In this document: positions 55,328 through 64,000 of the stretch, piece by piece
Layout: each line of letters starts with the position of its first letter
How positions within the stretch are numbered: position 1 is the stretch's first letter
From: Acidobacteriota bacterium
Lineage (GTDB): Bacteria > Acidobacteriota > Vicinamibacteria > Vicinamibacterales > UBA2999
Length of the DNA stretch: 64,000 nt
Direction of reading: 5' to 3'
Assembly: GCA_031376505.1 (NCBI GenBank)
Contig: JANMDX010000018.1
Span: forward strand, 24,214-88,213
The notes under the pieces: model-generated
Told to the model about the DNA's origin: nothing
Seen by the model: only the letters and a program-made list of their open reading frames with translations
The model's database searches: none
Position numbers and translations under genes: made by a program

Positions 55328-56380
55328 TTACGCCCGGGCGTCGGATTCGGCGCGCTGTCGCCGCCCCATCAGCTTGCTGACCGCCACAGCCGCGCTGACG
55401 CGCCCGGACAGCAGCGCGTCCACCTGTGCGGCAATCGGCAGTTCGACGCCGTGCGCGGCACCGAGCGACAGCGCGGCGTGGGTCGTGCGCACGCCCTCGG
55501 CCACCATCTTCGTGCTCGCGACGATCTCGGCGAGCACCCGTCCTTTTGCCAGTTCGAGACCCACGTGCCGATTGCGGCTCAACTGGCCGGTGCACGTGAG
55601 CACCAGGTCACCCATGCCGGCCAGGCCGGCGAGCGTCTCGCGCTCACCGCCGGCCGCGACGGCCAGACGCGAGATCTCGGCGAGACCGCGCGTCATGAGT
55701 GCCGCCAGTGCGTTGTGGCCAAGGCCCAGCCCGTCAACGACCCCTGCGGCAATCGCAATCACGTTCTTCAGCGCGCCACCCAGTTCGACGCCGACGACAT
55801 CGCCGCTCGCGTAGAGACGCATCGCGCCCGAGCGAAATTCTTCCTGTACGTGGCGCACGGCGCCTTCGCTGCGCGACGCCACGACCACGACCGTCGGGAG
55901 TTGTTGGGCCAGCTCACGGGCAAAGCTCGGACCCGAGAGCACCGCGACTTCCACCACTTGCGGCCACTCCTGGAGAATCACCTCGGACATCCGCAACAGC
56001 GAGCCGTCCTCGAGCCCCTTGGTGGCACTGAGCACCACGGCTCCAGGATCGACATGCGCAGTCGACTGACGTAGCACCTGACGGAGTCCGTGGGACGGAA
56101 CGGCCACGAGGATTAGCTGCGCATCGGCGAGCGCGGCTGGCAGGCTCGTGCTCACCGACAGGGATTCGGGAAACGGCATGTCCGGGAGGTACACCGCGTT
56201 GGCTCGCCTGCGCTCCATGTCGGCCGCCAGGTCGCCGTCGCGCGCCCACAGACGCACCTGATGTCCGATGCCGGCCAGGTGAATGGCCAGCGCCGTGCCC
56301 CAGCTGCCGGCTCCCAGCACCGCGACGCTACGCACGAGACACCGCCCCACGAGGGCGGCCAAGGCGCGGCTCCGTGCCAC
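55328..56380 (-). CDS. gpsA: NAD(P)H-dependent glycerol-3-phosphate dehydrogenase
   Basis: VAVLGAGSWGTALA and KGLE motifs, full length. The true start may be GTG near 56335, since the ATG start would overlap plsY by 53 nt. Confidence 0.9.
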   Translation of the reverse strand: MARSRALAALVGRCLVRSVAVLGAGSWGTALAIHLAGIGHQVRLWARDGDLAADMERRRANAVYLPDMPFPESLSVSTSLPAALADAQLILVAVPSHGLRQVLRQSTAHVDPGAVVLSATKGLEDGSLLRMSEVILQEWPQVVEVAVLSGPSFARELAQQLPTVVVVASRSEGAVRHVQEEFRSGAMRLYASGDVVGVELGGALKNVIAIAAGVVDGLGLGHNALAALMTRGLAEISRLAVAAGGERETLAGLAGMGDLVLTCTGQLSRNRHVGLELAKGRVLAEIVASTKMVAEGVRTTHAALSLGAAHGVELPIAAQVDALLSGRVSAAVAVSKLMGRRQRAESDARA

Positions 56381-56930
56381 GCCGAATCCGACGCAGATTC
56401 CCCCGATGGCGCCACACGATCAACGCGGCGGCCACGGCCCCGCCAGTCACAACTTCAGGCGACGCCCCCAACGCCGTCGCGGCAAGCGGGAGTGTGATCG
56501 TCGCGACCACCGAGCCGGCCGACACGAAGCGTGTCGCCCCCGCCGCCACGACGAACGCGGCGGCCGCACAGGCCGTGGCCTCGGGAGCCAGACAGCCGAA
56601 CGCACCGGCCGCGGTGGCGACGCCTTTCCCGCCTCTGCCGGCAAGCCAGAAGGGAAAAATGTGCCCGGCCACTGCCGCGACTCCGGCCGTGACCGCATCG
56701 CGTTCTGTCGGCGCGATCAGGCCGCCCGCCGCGACCGACACGAAGCCCTTGGCCACGTCCATGGCCATGACCGCGAGCCCAAGCGCGACTCCCGAGACCC
56801 GAAACACGTTTGTGGCGCCGACGTTGCCGCTGCCCACGTGCCGCAGGTCGACACCGGCCCATCGACGCGCCGCAAGATAGCCGAGCGGCAGTGAGCCGAT
56901 CAGGTAGCCAACCGCACCGCTGGTCACCAT
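56328..56930 (-). CDS. plsY: Glycerol-3-phosphate acyltransferase PlsY
   Basis: GYLIGSLPLGYL, GSGN.GATN and GGKGVAT. The start is trimmed to ATG 56930 (TGATG junction with cinA). Confidence 0.9.
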   Translation of the reverse strand: MVTSGAVGYLIGSLPLGYLAARRWAGVDLRHVGSGNVGATNVFRVSGVALGLAVMAMDVAKGFVSVAAGGLIAPTERDAVTAGVAAVAGHIFPFWLAGRGGKGVATAAGAFGCLAPEATACAAAAFVVAAGATRFVSAGSVVATITLPLAATALGASPEVVTGGAVAAALIVWRHRGNLRRIRRGTEPRLGRPRGAVSRA

Positions 56931-58210
56931 CACGCACAGCCTCCAGCGAGCAGGTAGCGACGCAGCATATCGAGGATGGTGGTGCTTGAGAGCGACTTGA
57001 TCACCAGGCGGTCGCCCGTAAATCGCGTGGTGCGCGCGACCGAACCGCGCGTGCCCACCACGGCCAGGCATACGGTGCCGACAGGTTTCTCGTCCGAACC
57101 GCCGCCAGGACCCGCGATGCCGGTAATCGCCACGCCCACATCGACGCCGGCGCGACGGCGAAGGCCCTCCGCCATCGCGATGGCTACGGGCTCGCTGACC
57201 GCTCCGTACGCGTCAATGAGGGCGGCGGGCACGTCGAGGTCGGCAATCTTGGCGCGGTTGCTGTACGCGACTACGGCGCGGTCGACATACGCGCTGCTGC
57301 CCGCAATGTCGGTGAGGCGTGAGGTGACGAGCCCGCCCGTGCACGACTCGGCGAGCGCGAGAGTCAGACCCAGCGCGCGCAATTGGTCGCCGACCACCTG
57401 CTCGAGGCCGCGCCCATCGGTACTCACGACATCGGCGCCGAGCGCCGACACCAGCACCTCGACGGCGGCCTCGAGCCGTACCGCGAGCGCCCCGGCCTCG
57501 GCTCCATGCGCCGTGAGGTGCAACTCCACTGAACCCAGGCTCGCGAGAATCGTGGTGTGAACGGGCGGCGCTTCGAGACGCCACGGTCCGTATAGCGGCT
57601 GCACACGTTCATCGACCCAGGACTCGCTGCGCCCGGCAACGACGACCGAGCGCTGGGCCATTTGGCCGGCGCCCCAGCGCGGAGCCACATGCACCGTCAC
57701 GAGATGGTCGAGCATCGGCTGCATCTCGCGCGGCGGCCCCGGCAGCAGCGCGATCGCCTTGGCGCTCGTGGGAATCCAGAGCCCGGGCGCCGTCCCGCGC
57801 AGGTTCGGCAGGATGGCGGCGCCCTCGGGCACCTGTGCCTGGCGGCGGTTGATCTCGGGCATCACGAGTCCCCGCGCCTGGAATCGCTCGCGAATCGTAG
57901 TGACCACAGCCGCGTCTTCGCGCATCGGGCGCTCGAGCACGTGTGCCGCCGCATCGCGCGTGCGATCGTCGTCGGTCGGCCCGAGGCCGCCGGTGCAGAC
58001 CACCAGGTCGGCGCGCGCGTGCGCGTGGCGCAACGTCTCGACGAGGTCGCCCCAGTCGTCGCCAACCACCGTCGTGAACGACACCAAGAGGCCGTGTCGT
58101 TGCAGCACGCCCGCGATGTGCGGCGAATTCGTGTCAGTACGCCCGAGATTGAGGAGCTCGCTGCCAACGGCCACGATGGCGGCCGTGGCGGGACGCCCGG
58201 ACGGATTCAC
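56930..58210 (-). CDS. cinA: CinA-family protein (MoCF-biosynthesis domain + nicotinamide-nucleotide amidase PncC domain)
   Basis: AAIVAVGSELL.GRT.DTN, with a C-terminal CinA/PncC domain (ESCTGG). GTG 58210 forms a GTGA overlap with the pgpA stop. Confidence 0.85.
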   Translation of the reverse strand: MNPSGRPATAAIVAVGSELLNLGRTDTNSPHIAGVLQRHGLLVSFTTVVGDDWGDLVETLRHAHARADLVVCTGGLGPTDDDRTRDAAAHVLERPMREDAAVVTTIRERFQARGLVMPEINRRQAQVPEGAAILPNLRGTAPGLWIPTSAKAIALLPGPPREMQPMLDHLVTVHVAPRWGAGQMAQRSVVVAGRSESWVDERVQPLYGPWRLEAPPVHTTILASLGSVELHLTAHGAEAGALAVRLEAAVEVLVSALGADVVSTDGRGLEQVVGDQLRALGLTLALAESCTGGLVTSRLTDIAGSSAYVDRAVVAYSNRAKIADLDVPAALIDAYGAVSEPVAIAMAEGLRRRAGVDVGVAITGIAGPGGGSDEKPVGTVCLAVVGTRGSVARTTRFTGDRLVIKSLSSTTILDMLRRYLLAGGCA

Positions 58211-58677
58211 GACCGCCACGCCGGGAACAGCCACAGCAGGAACGTCAGCACGCCCCAGGCATAACCGCCGGCCGCCAGATCGTCGAGCATGATGCCCCAG
58301 CCCGCGTGTTGCCTTTCGAGCTGACGCGCGGGCGGCGGCTTCAGGATGTCGAACACCCGGAACAAGACGAAGCCCGCCAGCGCGGCGTGCCACGTAAACG
58401 GCGCCGCGATCATCGTCACGCACATGCCCATCACTTCGTCGACCACGACCGGGCCTGGGTCGGTCGTGCCCAGCTGACCTTCCACGAGCGTGGCGGCCCA
58501 GGCCCCGACCACGAGCAACAGAGTGGCAATGACGAGTTCTGTCCAAAGACCGGCACCACTGACGCGCGCGCCCCCCCAGACCACCAGACCGATCGCTGAC
58601 CCGACCGTCCCAGGGGCGAGCGGAAAAAACCCCGTGTACCCTGCGGTGGCAATTGCCAGGGCGAGCCGTGCCCTCAA
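58207..58677 (-). CDS. pgpA: Phosphatidylglycerophosphatase A
   Basis: FPLAPGT.GS, V.DE. and FR.FDI.KPPP motifs. Confidence 0.85.
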   Translation of the reverse strand: MRARLALAIATAGYTGFFPLAPGTVGSAIGLVVWGGARVSGAGLWTELVIATLLLVVGAWAATLVEGQLGTTDPGPVVVDEVMGMCVTMIAAPFTWHAALAGFVLFRVFDILKPPPARQLERQHAGWGIMLDDLAAGGYAWGVLTFLLWLFPAWRS

Positions 58678-59528
58678 AGTGTCACCTTCACAACCCGAGT
58701 GCCCGCCGCATAGTCGTGGAGTGCGCGGCCATCCGCCCTCGCGAGCGCCGGCAGAAAGCCCGCGCCCGCCACCAGGGCGCCGAGCAGCGCGACGCCCACA
58801 CGGAGTATGGCAGCGCCTGTTGAGAAGCCACCGGCCAGCCCGATGACGCGCAATCCCATCGCCATCTTGCCGAGCGTCTGACCGCCACTGGCGGTGAACA
58901 CGGCAAGATAGGCGACGTTCAAACCCAGCAGAAACGCGCCGAGCGGTACGAGCGGCAGCGTCGCCACCTCGGCGATCTGCACGCCGGCCAGTTGCACCGT
59001 CAGGTAGACCACCGCCAGATCGATGGCAGCCAGCACCAGCAGGTCAATGACCGCGGCCGCCAACCGCAAACCGGCGGGGGCCACCACGATCTCCGACGGG
59101 CCGGCTTCAGTCGTGGGCACCGCATGCGGCGCCACATCGAGCAACGGCGACGACGCGCGTCGCACGAGCTCTGTGGAGGTCCGGCCGCGAGGGCGATCCG
59201 CCAAGGCCCGGCGCACGGCCAGCGGCGTGCGAGCCGGAGGCGGCTGAGGGTCGTGCCCCAGGACGGGAAAGGTCGATGATCGCAACGGGAAGTCCATGAG
59301 CGCCCCGCCCTCTGCGTCGGCCGCCAGGCTTACGTCGGCGAGATCGCCCACCACGCCGAGGCGGTGCTCGCGAGGTCTGGGCGTGAACGCTCGCACCTCA
59401 GGCGCCGCATCGGCCTCGGCCGCGGCAAATGCGCTGGTCTCAGTCGCGAGGAGCGAGAACTCACAGCCGCAGTGCCGGCACCTGTCGGTATCTTCGAAGC
59501 CGATGTAGGCGCACTTCGGGCACTTCAT
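58674..59528 (-). CDS. RDD-family membrane protein with N-terminal zinc ribbon
   Basis: MKCPKCAYIGFEDTDRCRHCGCEF, a disordered linker and a C-terminal RDD-type three-TM region. There is a 4-nt overlap with pgpA. Confidence 0.75.
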   Translation of the reverse strand: MKCPKCAYIGFEDTDRCRHCGCEFSLLATETSAFAAAEADAAPEVRAFTPRPREHRLGVVGDLADVSLAADAEGGALMDFPLRSSTFPVLGHDPQPPPARTPLAVRRALADRPRGRTSTELVRRASSPLLDVAPHAVPTTEAGPSEIVVAPAGLRLAAAVIDLLVLAAIDLAVVYLTVQLAGVQIAEVATLPLVPLGAFLLGLNVAYLAVFTASGGQTLGKMAMGLRVIGLAGGFSTGAAILRVGVALLGALVAGAGFLPALARADGRALHDYAAGTRVVKVTL

Positions 59529-60376
59529 GGCACTGTCCCCTCGATGCCTCCGGTCAAGCCTGCCGTGGCATTCAGCAGCACTCGCTGGACCCGTCCACGG
59601 AGGTCTTGCGCCTGACGGTAGTGGCTGTCGCCGGCATCGACGCGGTCGAGCATCACGAGCGCATCGGCCAGTTTACCCGCTCCAAACAACGCCTCCGCGC
59701 GCGCAAGATAGGCGTCGGCGGACGCCGGCACCGGAAGCGGCGATGGCGCGGCGTCAATTGACGCGACCGGAGTACCAGAGTCGACGCCGGCGTCGGTGCG
59801 GAAGAGCACCAGGGCCGCCACGCCGATCGCCGCGGTCACCACGAGCACGGGGCCGAACCGGGATCGTGCCCGTGCGCCCGTGACGCCCCCTGAAGAACGC
59901 CCGCGACCCAAGACCGTCGCGACGGCAGGACCCGGCGCCGCCGACGCGAGGTCCAACAGGCCGATACGGTGCAGCACGGGCAGCGCCTGCTCGTGAGGTG
60001 CGCCCCGCTCGGTCGCAGTCACGAGCAACTGTCGCGCCCGCTCGACATCGCCCTGGTCGAACGCCTGGAGGCCCTCGTGAAGAAGCGCTTCGGACTCCCG
60101 CTGGAGCTCGGCTTGCGCACGTCGCGCACGGTCGATGTACGCGCGCGCCCGATCGTTGGCACGATCGAGGAAGAGCACGCGCGTCCACACATTCATGGCC
60201 TGGTCGAGCCGGCCAGCGAAGTACTCGTCGAGCCCCGCCACCAGCAGTTGCTCCACGCGGGCGCCGCGCTCCTCGTCGGAAAGCGCGGTGGTCACCGTCG
60301 CGTCGCCAGTCCTGGGGTCCGTCATGTCCGCAAGTCGATGCGCAGTATAGCAGTTGCGCGGCGCCGCGGCAGTCAT
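59525..60376 (-). CDS. Hypothetical bitopic protein with TPR-like helical domains on both sides of one TM helix
   Basis: A helical N-domain, TM helix FGPVLVVTAAIGVAALVLF, and a TPR-like C-terminus. There is a 4-nt overlap with the RDD gene. The start is uncertain (ATG 60376 or 60325). Confidence 0.5.
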   Translation of the reverse strand: MTAAAPRNCYTAHRLADMTDPRTGDATVTTALSDEERGARVEQLLVAGLDEYFAGRLDQAMNVWTRVLFLDRANDRARAYIDRARRAQAELQRESEALLHEGLQAFDQGDVERARQLLVTATERGAPHEQALPVLHRIGLLDLASAAPGPAVATVLGRGRSSGGVTGARARSRFGPVLVVTAAIGVAALVLFRTDAGVDSGTPVASIDAAPSPLPVPASADAYLARAEALFGAGKLADALVMLDRVDAGDSHYRQAQDLRGRVQRVLLNATAGLTGGIEGTVP

Positions 60377-60390
60377 GGTACAACGCCGAC

Positions 60391-61284
60391 ATGCCCCAGC
60401 TCGAGTGCGTGCCGAACATCAGTGAAGGACGCGATCTGGCGGTCGTCGACCACCTCGCGGCCGCGATGGCGGCCGTGCCCGGCGTGCAGTTGCTGGACCG
60501 GCACTCCGATGCCGTTCACCACCGTTCTGTGTTCACACTCACGGGCGAGTCGACGCCCCTCCGGACCGCGGTGCTCGCGCTGGTGGAAGCCACGCTGCCA
60601 CGCGTGAATCTACACCACCACCACGGCGCCCATCCGCGAATCGGGGCGGTCGATGTCGTGCCATTCATCCCACTTGCCGGCGCCACGATGAACGACGCGG
60701 TCCTGGCAGCACGCGCCACTGCGGCTGAGGTGGCGGCGCACTTCGCGATTCCGGTGTTTCTCTACGAGGCCGCGGCGTCGCGTTCCGATCGGCGGGCGCT
60801 ACAGGACGTGCGTCGGGGCCAGTTCGAGGGGCTCGCCGAAAAAATGCGGCGGCCCGAATGGCAACCCGACTACGGGCCGCAGGCGCCGCACCCCACGGCC
60901 GGTGCCGTGGCCATCGGCGCGCGGGGCCTGCTGGTCGCCTACAACATCAACCTGGCCACCGACCGCCTCGCGGTGGCGGCGCGCATCGCGCGGACGATCC
61001 GCGAGAGTTCCGGTGGACTGCCGGGCGTGAAGGCCATGGCCCTGGCGCTACCGGATCGCAGTCTCGTGCAGGTGTCGATGAACCTCACGGACCCGGACCG
61101 GACCTCGATGGCCGTCGTCTTTGACGCCGTGACGCGCGAGGCAGCGCGCGAGGGCGTCGCGGTGTTCGAGAGCGAAGTCGTCGGACTCGTGCCGGCTCGC
61201 GCGCTGGGTGGCGCCACCGCCCGCCACCTGCGGTTGTCGAACTTCACCGCCCGGCACGTCCTCGAAACCCGGCTGCTGCCGTAG
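60391..61284 (+). CDS. ftcD: Glutamate formimidoyltransferase
   Basis: MPQLECVPNISEGRD is the typical FTCD N-terminus. Length 297 aa. The start is trimmed from the track ORF. Confidence 0.85.
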   Translation: MPQLECVPNISEGRDLAVVDHLAAAMAAVPGVQLLDRHSDAVHHRSVFTLTGESTPLRTAVLALVEATLPRVNLHHHHGAHPRIGAVDVVPFIPLAGATMNDAVLAARATAAEVAAHFAIPVFLYEAAASRSDRRALQDVRRGQFEGLAEKMRRPEWQPDYGPQAPHPTAGAVAIGARGLLVAYNINLATDRLAVAARIARTIRESSGGLPGVKAMALALPDRSLVQVSMNLTDPDRTSMAVVFDAVTREAAREGVAVFESEVVGLVPARALGGATARHLRLSNFTARHVLETRLLP

Positions 61285-61287
61285 GTC

Positions 61288-62667
61288 CTAGTCCGGCTCG
61301 CGCCGCGAGGGGGCGATGCCGAAAGCGCGCATCTTCTTGTACAGGTTGCTCCGTTCGACGGCCAGGACGTCGGCCGTGCGGGAGATATTGCCCTGACTGG
61401 CGGCCAGCACGTGCAGGATGTAGTCGCGCTCGAATCGGTCGCGCGCCTCGGCCAGTGGCAGTGTGAGTGCGGGGGCCGGAGCCACCTGCGCCATGGGCGC
61501 ATCCCCCACGAAGCTCACGTCCTGCAAGGTCACAGTGCTGTCATGCACCATGATGAGGAGGCGCTCGACCACGTTGTGCAACTCCCGCACGTTGCCGGGC
61601 CACGGGTAGCGCTGCAGCCGGGCCATGGCCTCGGGCGCAAACCGCTTCACGCGTCTCCCATACTCGGTTGCCAGGGTCGCCATGAAATGCTCCGCCAGCC
61701 GCGGCACATCATCGGTCCGGTCGCGCAGCGGCGGCACGAAGATCGGCACGACATTCAATCGAAAGAACAGATCCTCACGGAATCGGCCTGCCCGGATCTC
61801 TTCCTGCAAATCCTTGTTGGTGGCGGCCACGACCCGCACGTCCACCCGCACGCTCGAGGTACCACCGACGGGCTGAATCACCTGCTCCTGAAGCGCCCTC
61901 AGCACCTTGGCCTGGGTCTTCAGACTCATGTCGCCGATTTCGTCGAGAAAGATGGTGCCGCCGTGCGCGTGCTCGAACCGTCCGCGGCGGTCGGCGACGG
62001 CGCCCGTGAAGGCGCCCTTGGAGTGCCCGAAGAGCTCCGACTCGATGAGTTCCTCCGGAATCGCGGCGCAGTTCACTTCCACGAACGGCTCGCTGCGGCG
62101 ACGGCTGTGGGCATGCAAGGTGCGCGCAACGAGCTCCTTCCCCGTGCCGTTCTCGCCGAGCACGAGCACGCGGCCGTTGGTAGGCGCGGCCAGCAGCACC
62201 TGCTCGCGCAGATGCCGCATCACAGGACTGTCGCCCACCATGACGTAGCGGCGATCGACTTGTGCGCGGAGATCGCGGTTCTCGGCCTCGAGCAGCCGCT
62301 GCCGCAGCGCGTTCCGCACGACGAGAACGGCTTTGTCGAGCGACAGGGGCTTCTCGACGAAGTCGTAGGCGCCCAGCTTGATGGCGCGCACCGCGGACTC
62401 GACGCTGCCATGTCCCGAGATGACCACGACCTGCGCGTCGACCTGCCGTTCGCGCAGCCGCTGCAACGTCTCGAGGCCATCGATGCCTGGCAGCCACACG
62501 TCCAGCAACACCAGATCGAACGTCTGGCCCACAACGCGCTCGAGGCACGCTTCGCCGGACTCCACTGCGTCCACGGTGTAGCCCTCATCGCGGAGCACGC
62601 CACCGAGCGCCGTCCGGACCCCTGGCTCATCGTCGACAATCAGGATCGATGCCATGCGTTCGTTCAA
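61288..62667 (-). CDS. Sigma-54-dependent response regulator (NtrC/NtrX family)
   Basis: Receiver domain (ILIVDDE, D in LLDVWLPG), AAA+ domain with Walker A GENGTGKE and an intact GAFTGA, and a C-terminal Fis-type HTH. Confidence 0.9.
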   Translation of the reverse strand: MNERMASILIVDDEPGVRTALGGVLRDEGYTVDAVESGEACLERVVGQTFDLVLLDVWLPGIDGLETLQRLRERQVDAQVVVISGHGSVESAVRAIKLGAYDFVEKPLSLDKAVLVVRNALRQRLLEAENRDLRAQVDRRYVMVGDSPVMRHLREQVLLAAPTNGRVLVLGENGTGKELVARTLHAHSRRRSEPFVEVNCAAIPEELIESELFGHSKGAFTGAVADRRGRFEHAHGGTIFLDEIGDMSLKTQAKVLRALQEQVIQPVGGTSSVRVDVRVVAATNKDLQEEIRAGRFREDLFFRLNVVPIFVPPLRDRTDDVPRLAEHFMATLATEYGRRVKRFAPEAMARLQRYPWPGNVRELHNVVERLLIMVHDSTVTLQDVSFVGDAPMAQVAPAPALTLPLAEARDRFERDYILHVLAASQGNISRTADVLAVERSNLYKKMRAFGIAPSRREPD

Positions 62668-64000
62668 CAGGGCAGCTCGATGGTGAACCGCGTGCCCCTC
62701 GGTGTATTGTCCGTCACTTCGACGTTGCCGCCGTGTTCAGCCACGATACGCCGGACGATCGCCAACCCGAGGCCAGACCCGCGCCGCTTGGTCGAGTAGT
62801 ACGGAAGGAACAGTTTGTCACGCTCACCGGCGGGAATCCCGGGACCGTCATCGGCGATCACGACTCGCGCGACCCGGTGCACGGCGTCGTGGGAGGTCTC
62901 GACCGCAATTGTGCCGCGATGGTCCATCGCCTCGACGGCGTTGTCCACGAGGTTGATGAGCACCCGCTTGATCTGCTCCGGATCGAGCCGCACCTGCGGC
63001 ATCGCAGCGCTCAGTTCCGGGCGGATGGCGACATCGGCAAACAGACCGGCATAGAGCGACAGCGCGTCGGTCACGACCTGATTGAGCGACGTCGGCACCG
63101 CTTTGGGGGCCGGCATGCGGGCAAATTGTGCGAACTCATCCACGAGCCCCTTGAGCGACTCGACTTCTCCGATGATGGTACTCGTGCATTCCTTGATCAG
63201 CGCCTGGTGCGGCGAGTTCGCGTCGCCAAGCTTTCGCTGCAGCCGTTCGGCCGACAACTGGATGGGCGTGAGCGGATTCTTGATCTCGTGCGCCAGACGC
63301 CGGGCGACTTCCCGCCAGGCCGCCACCTTCTGCGCACGGATGAGGGGCGTGACGTCGTCGAGCACGAGCACGGTGCCCTCGAATCCGCCCGCGCCCTGAA
63401 GGCGCGTCGCCGCGACTGCCAGGTTCAGCTCACGGCCGTCGCGCGTGATGCTGACCTCCTGCGCCACCGACTCTGCCTTGGAACGCGCGGCGTCATCGAG
63501 CACCGCCGCCACGGCCGCCAGATCGTCCCCGAGCACGTGTGCGACGGGCCGCCCGATCGCGGATGCCCCGAGTCCCAGAAGCCGCGCGGCCGCCGAGTTG
63601 ATCCGCCCGATGGCCCCGGAGCCGTCGATGGACACGACGCCGGTCGCGATGCGCTCCAGAATCGTCTCTACCGAGCGATGACGCCGTTCGACGTCCTGGT
63701 GACGCTGCTCGAGTTCGACGGCCGCGCGCTCCAGTCGCCGCTGACGTGACGACAGATCGGCGGCCATCGCGTTGAACGACTCGATCATGTTGCCGAACTC
63801 GTCGTCGGCCTGATGCTCGATCCGGTGCTCGAGCCGCCCGGCGCCGATCTCCCGGGCCGCCGCCGACAGCATCTGTACGGGTCGTGTAATGCGCTTGGCG
63901 AGATACAGGCCCATCCACGTCGACCCGACGAGGATGAGCAACGTCACCATCACGAAGAACGACAGGTAGACGCCGGCGAGCGGCTGCTTCAGCACGCGCA
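62664..64000 (-). CDS. Sensor histidine kinase (TM-HAMP-PAS-HisKA-HATPase, NtrY-like), N-terminus beyond window
   Basis: H-box LAHEIKNPLTP, an N/G-box ATPase domain, HAMP after a TM helix, and one PAS domain. The frame is still open at 64000. There is a 4-nt overlap with the regulator gene. Confidence 0.85.
   Translation of the reverse strand, partial: RVLKQPLAGVYLSFFVMVTLLILVGSTWMGLYLAKRITRPVQMLSAAAREIGAGRLEHRIEHQADDEFGNMIESFNAMAADLSSRQRRLERAAVELEQRHQDVERRHRSVETILERIATGVVSIDGSGAIGRINSAAARLLGLGASAIGRPVAHVLGDDLAAVAAVLDDAARSKAESVAQEVSITRDGRELNLAVAATRLQGAGGFEGTVLVLDDVTPLIRAQKVAAWREVARRLAHEIKNPLTPIQLSAERLQRKLGDANSPHQALIKECTSTIIGEVESLKGLVDEFAQFARMPAPKAVPTSLNQVVTDALSLYAGLFADVAIRPELSAAMPQVRLDPEQIKRVLINLVDNAVEAMDHRGTIAVETSHDAVHRVARVVIADDGPGIPAGERDKLFLPYYSTKRRGSGLGLAIVRRIVAEHGGNVEVTDNTPRGTRFTIELPC

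Overview
This is a 64-kb, very GC-rich, densely coding chromosomal segment from a diderm bacterium. The diderm call rests on LapB, LolA, two secretins and pilMNOPQ. An Acidobacteriota-like origin is only a low-confidence guess from gene style.

About 90 percent is housekeeping, arranged in long co-directional strings with frequent 1-11 nt start/stop overlaps:
- lapB, coaE, folD, a K+ channel, an amino-acid permease, thiE, accBC and pepP
- the type IV pilus operon pilMNOPQ plus three unassigned downstream genes
- rplM-rpsI-rpsB-tsf-pyrH-frr, thrC and pfk
- a murein recycling/synthesis operon: nagZ-ldcA-mpl-pxpB-pxpC-murB-murA
- rnhB-rplS-trmD-rimM-KH-rpsP-ffh, then ribBA-ribE-ribD-ftsY
- gpsA-plsY-cinA-pgpA, ftcD, and an NtrY/NtrX-like two-component pair

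There is one tRNA-Ala(CGC). I saw no rRNA, CRISPR array, transposase, integrase or phage genes.

The one clearly accessory block lies at about 23.8-31.5 kb. A GT39 (GT-C) glycosyltransferase is transcribed divergently from three paralogous signal-peptide proteins. All three are built from the same FN3-like module.
- Two of them end in a shared Cys-containing domain that I cannot assign to any family.
- The third carries a matrixin-like domain whose catalytic Glu is replaced by Gly.
- A WecD-like acetyltransferase follows, and a near-consensus sigma-54 promoter precedes the first gene.

Other points worth follow-up:
- an orphan lipobox+TPR secretin whose start overlaps lolA
- pxpBC (without pxpA) embedded in the murein operon
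- a candidate leaderless GHMP sugar kinase divergent from nagZ
- a 520-bp less GC-rich spacer between pilM and rplM

Many long ORFs in the six-frame track are antisense shadows typical of high-GC DNA and were not called.
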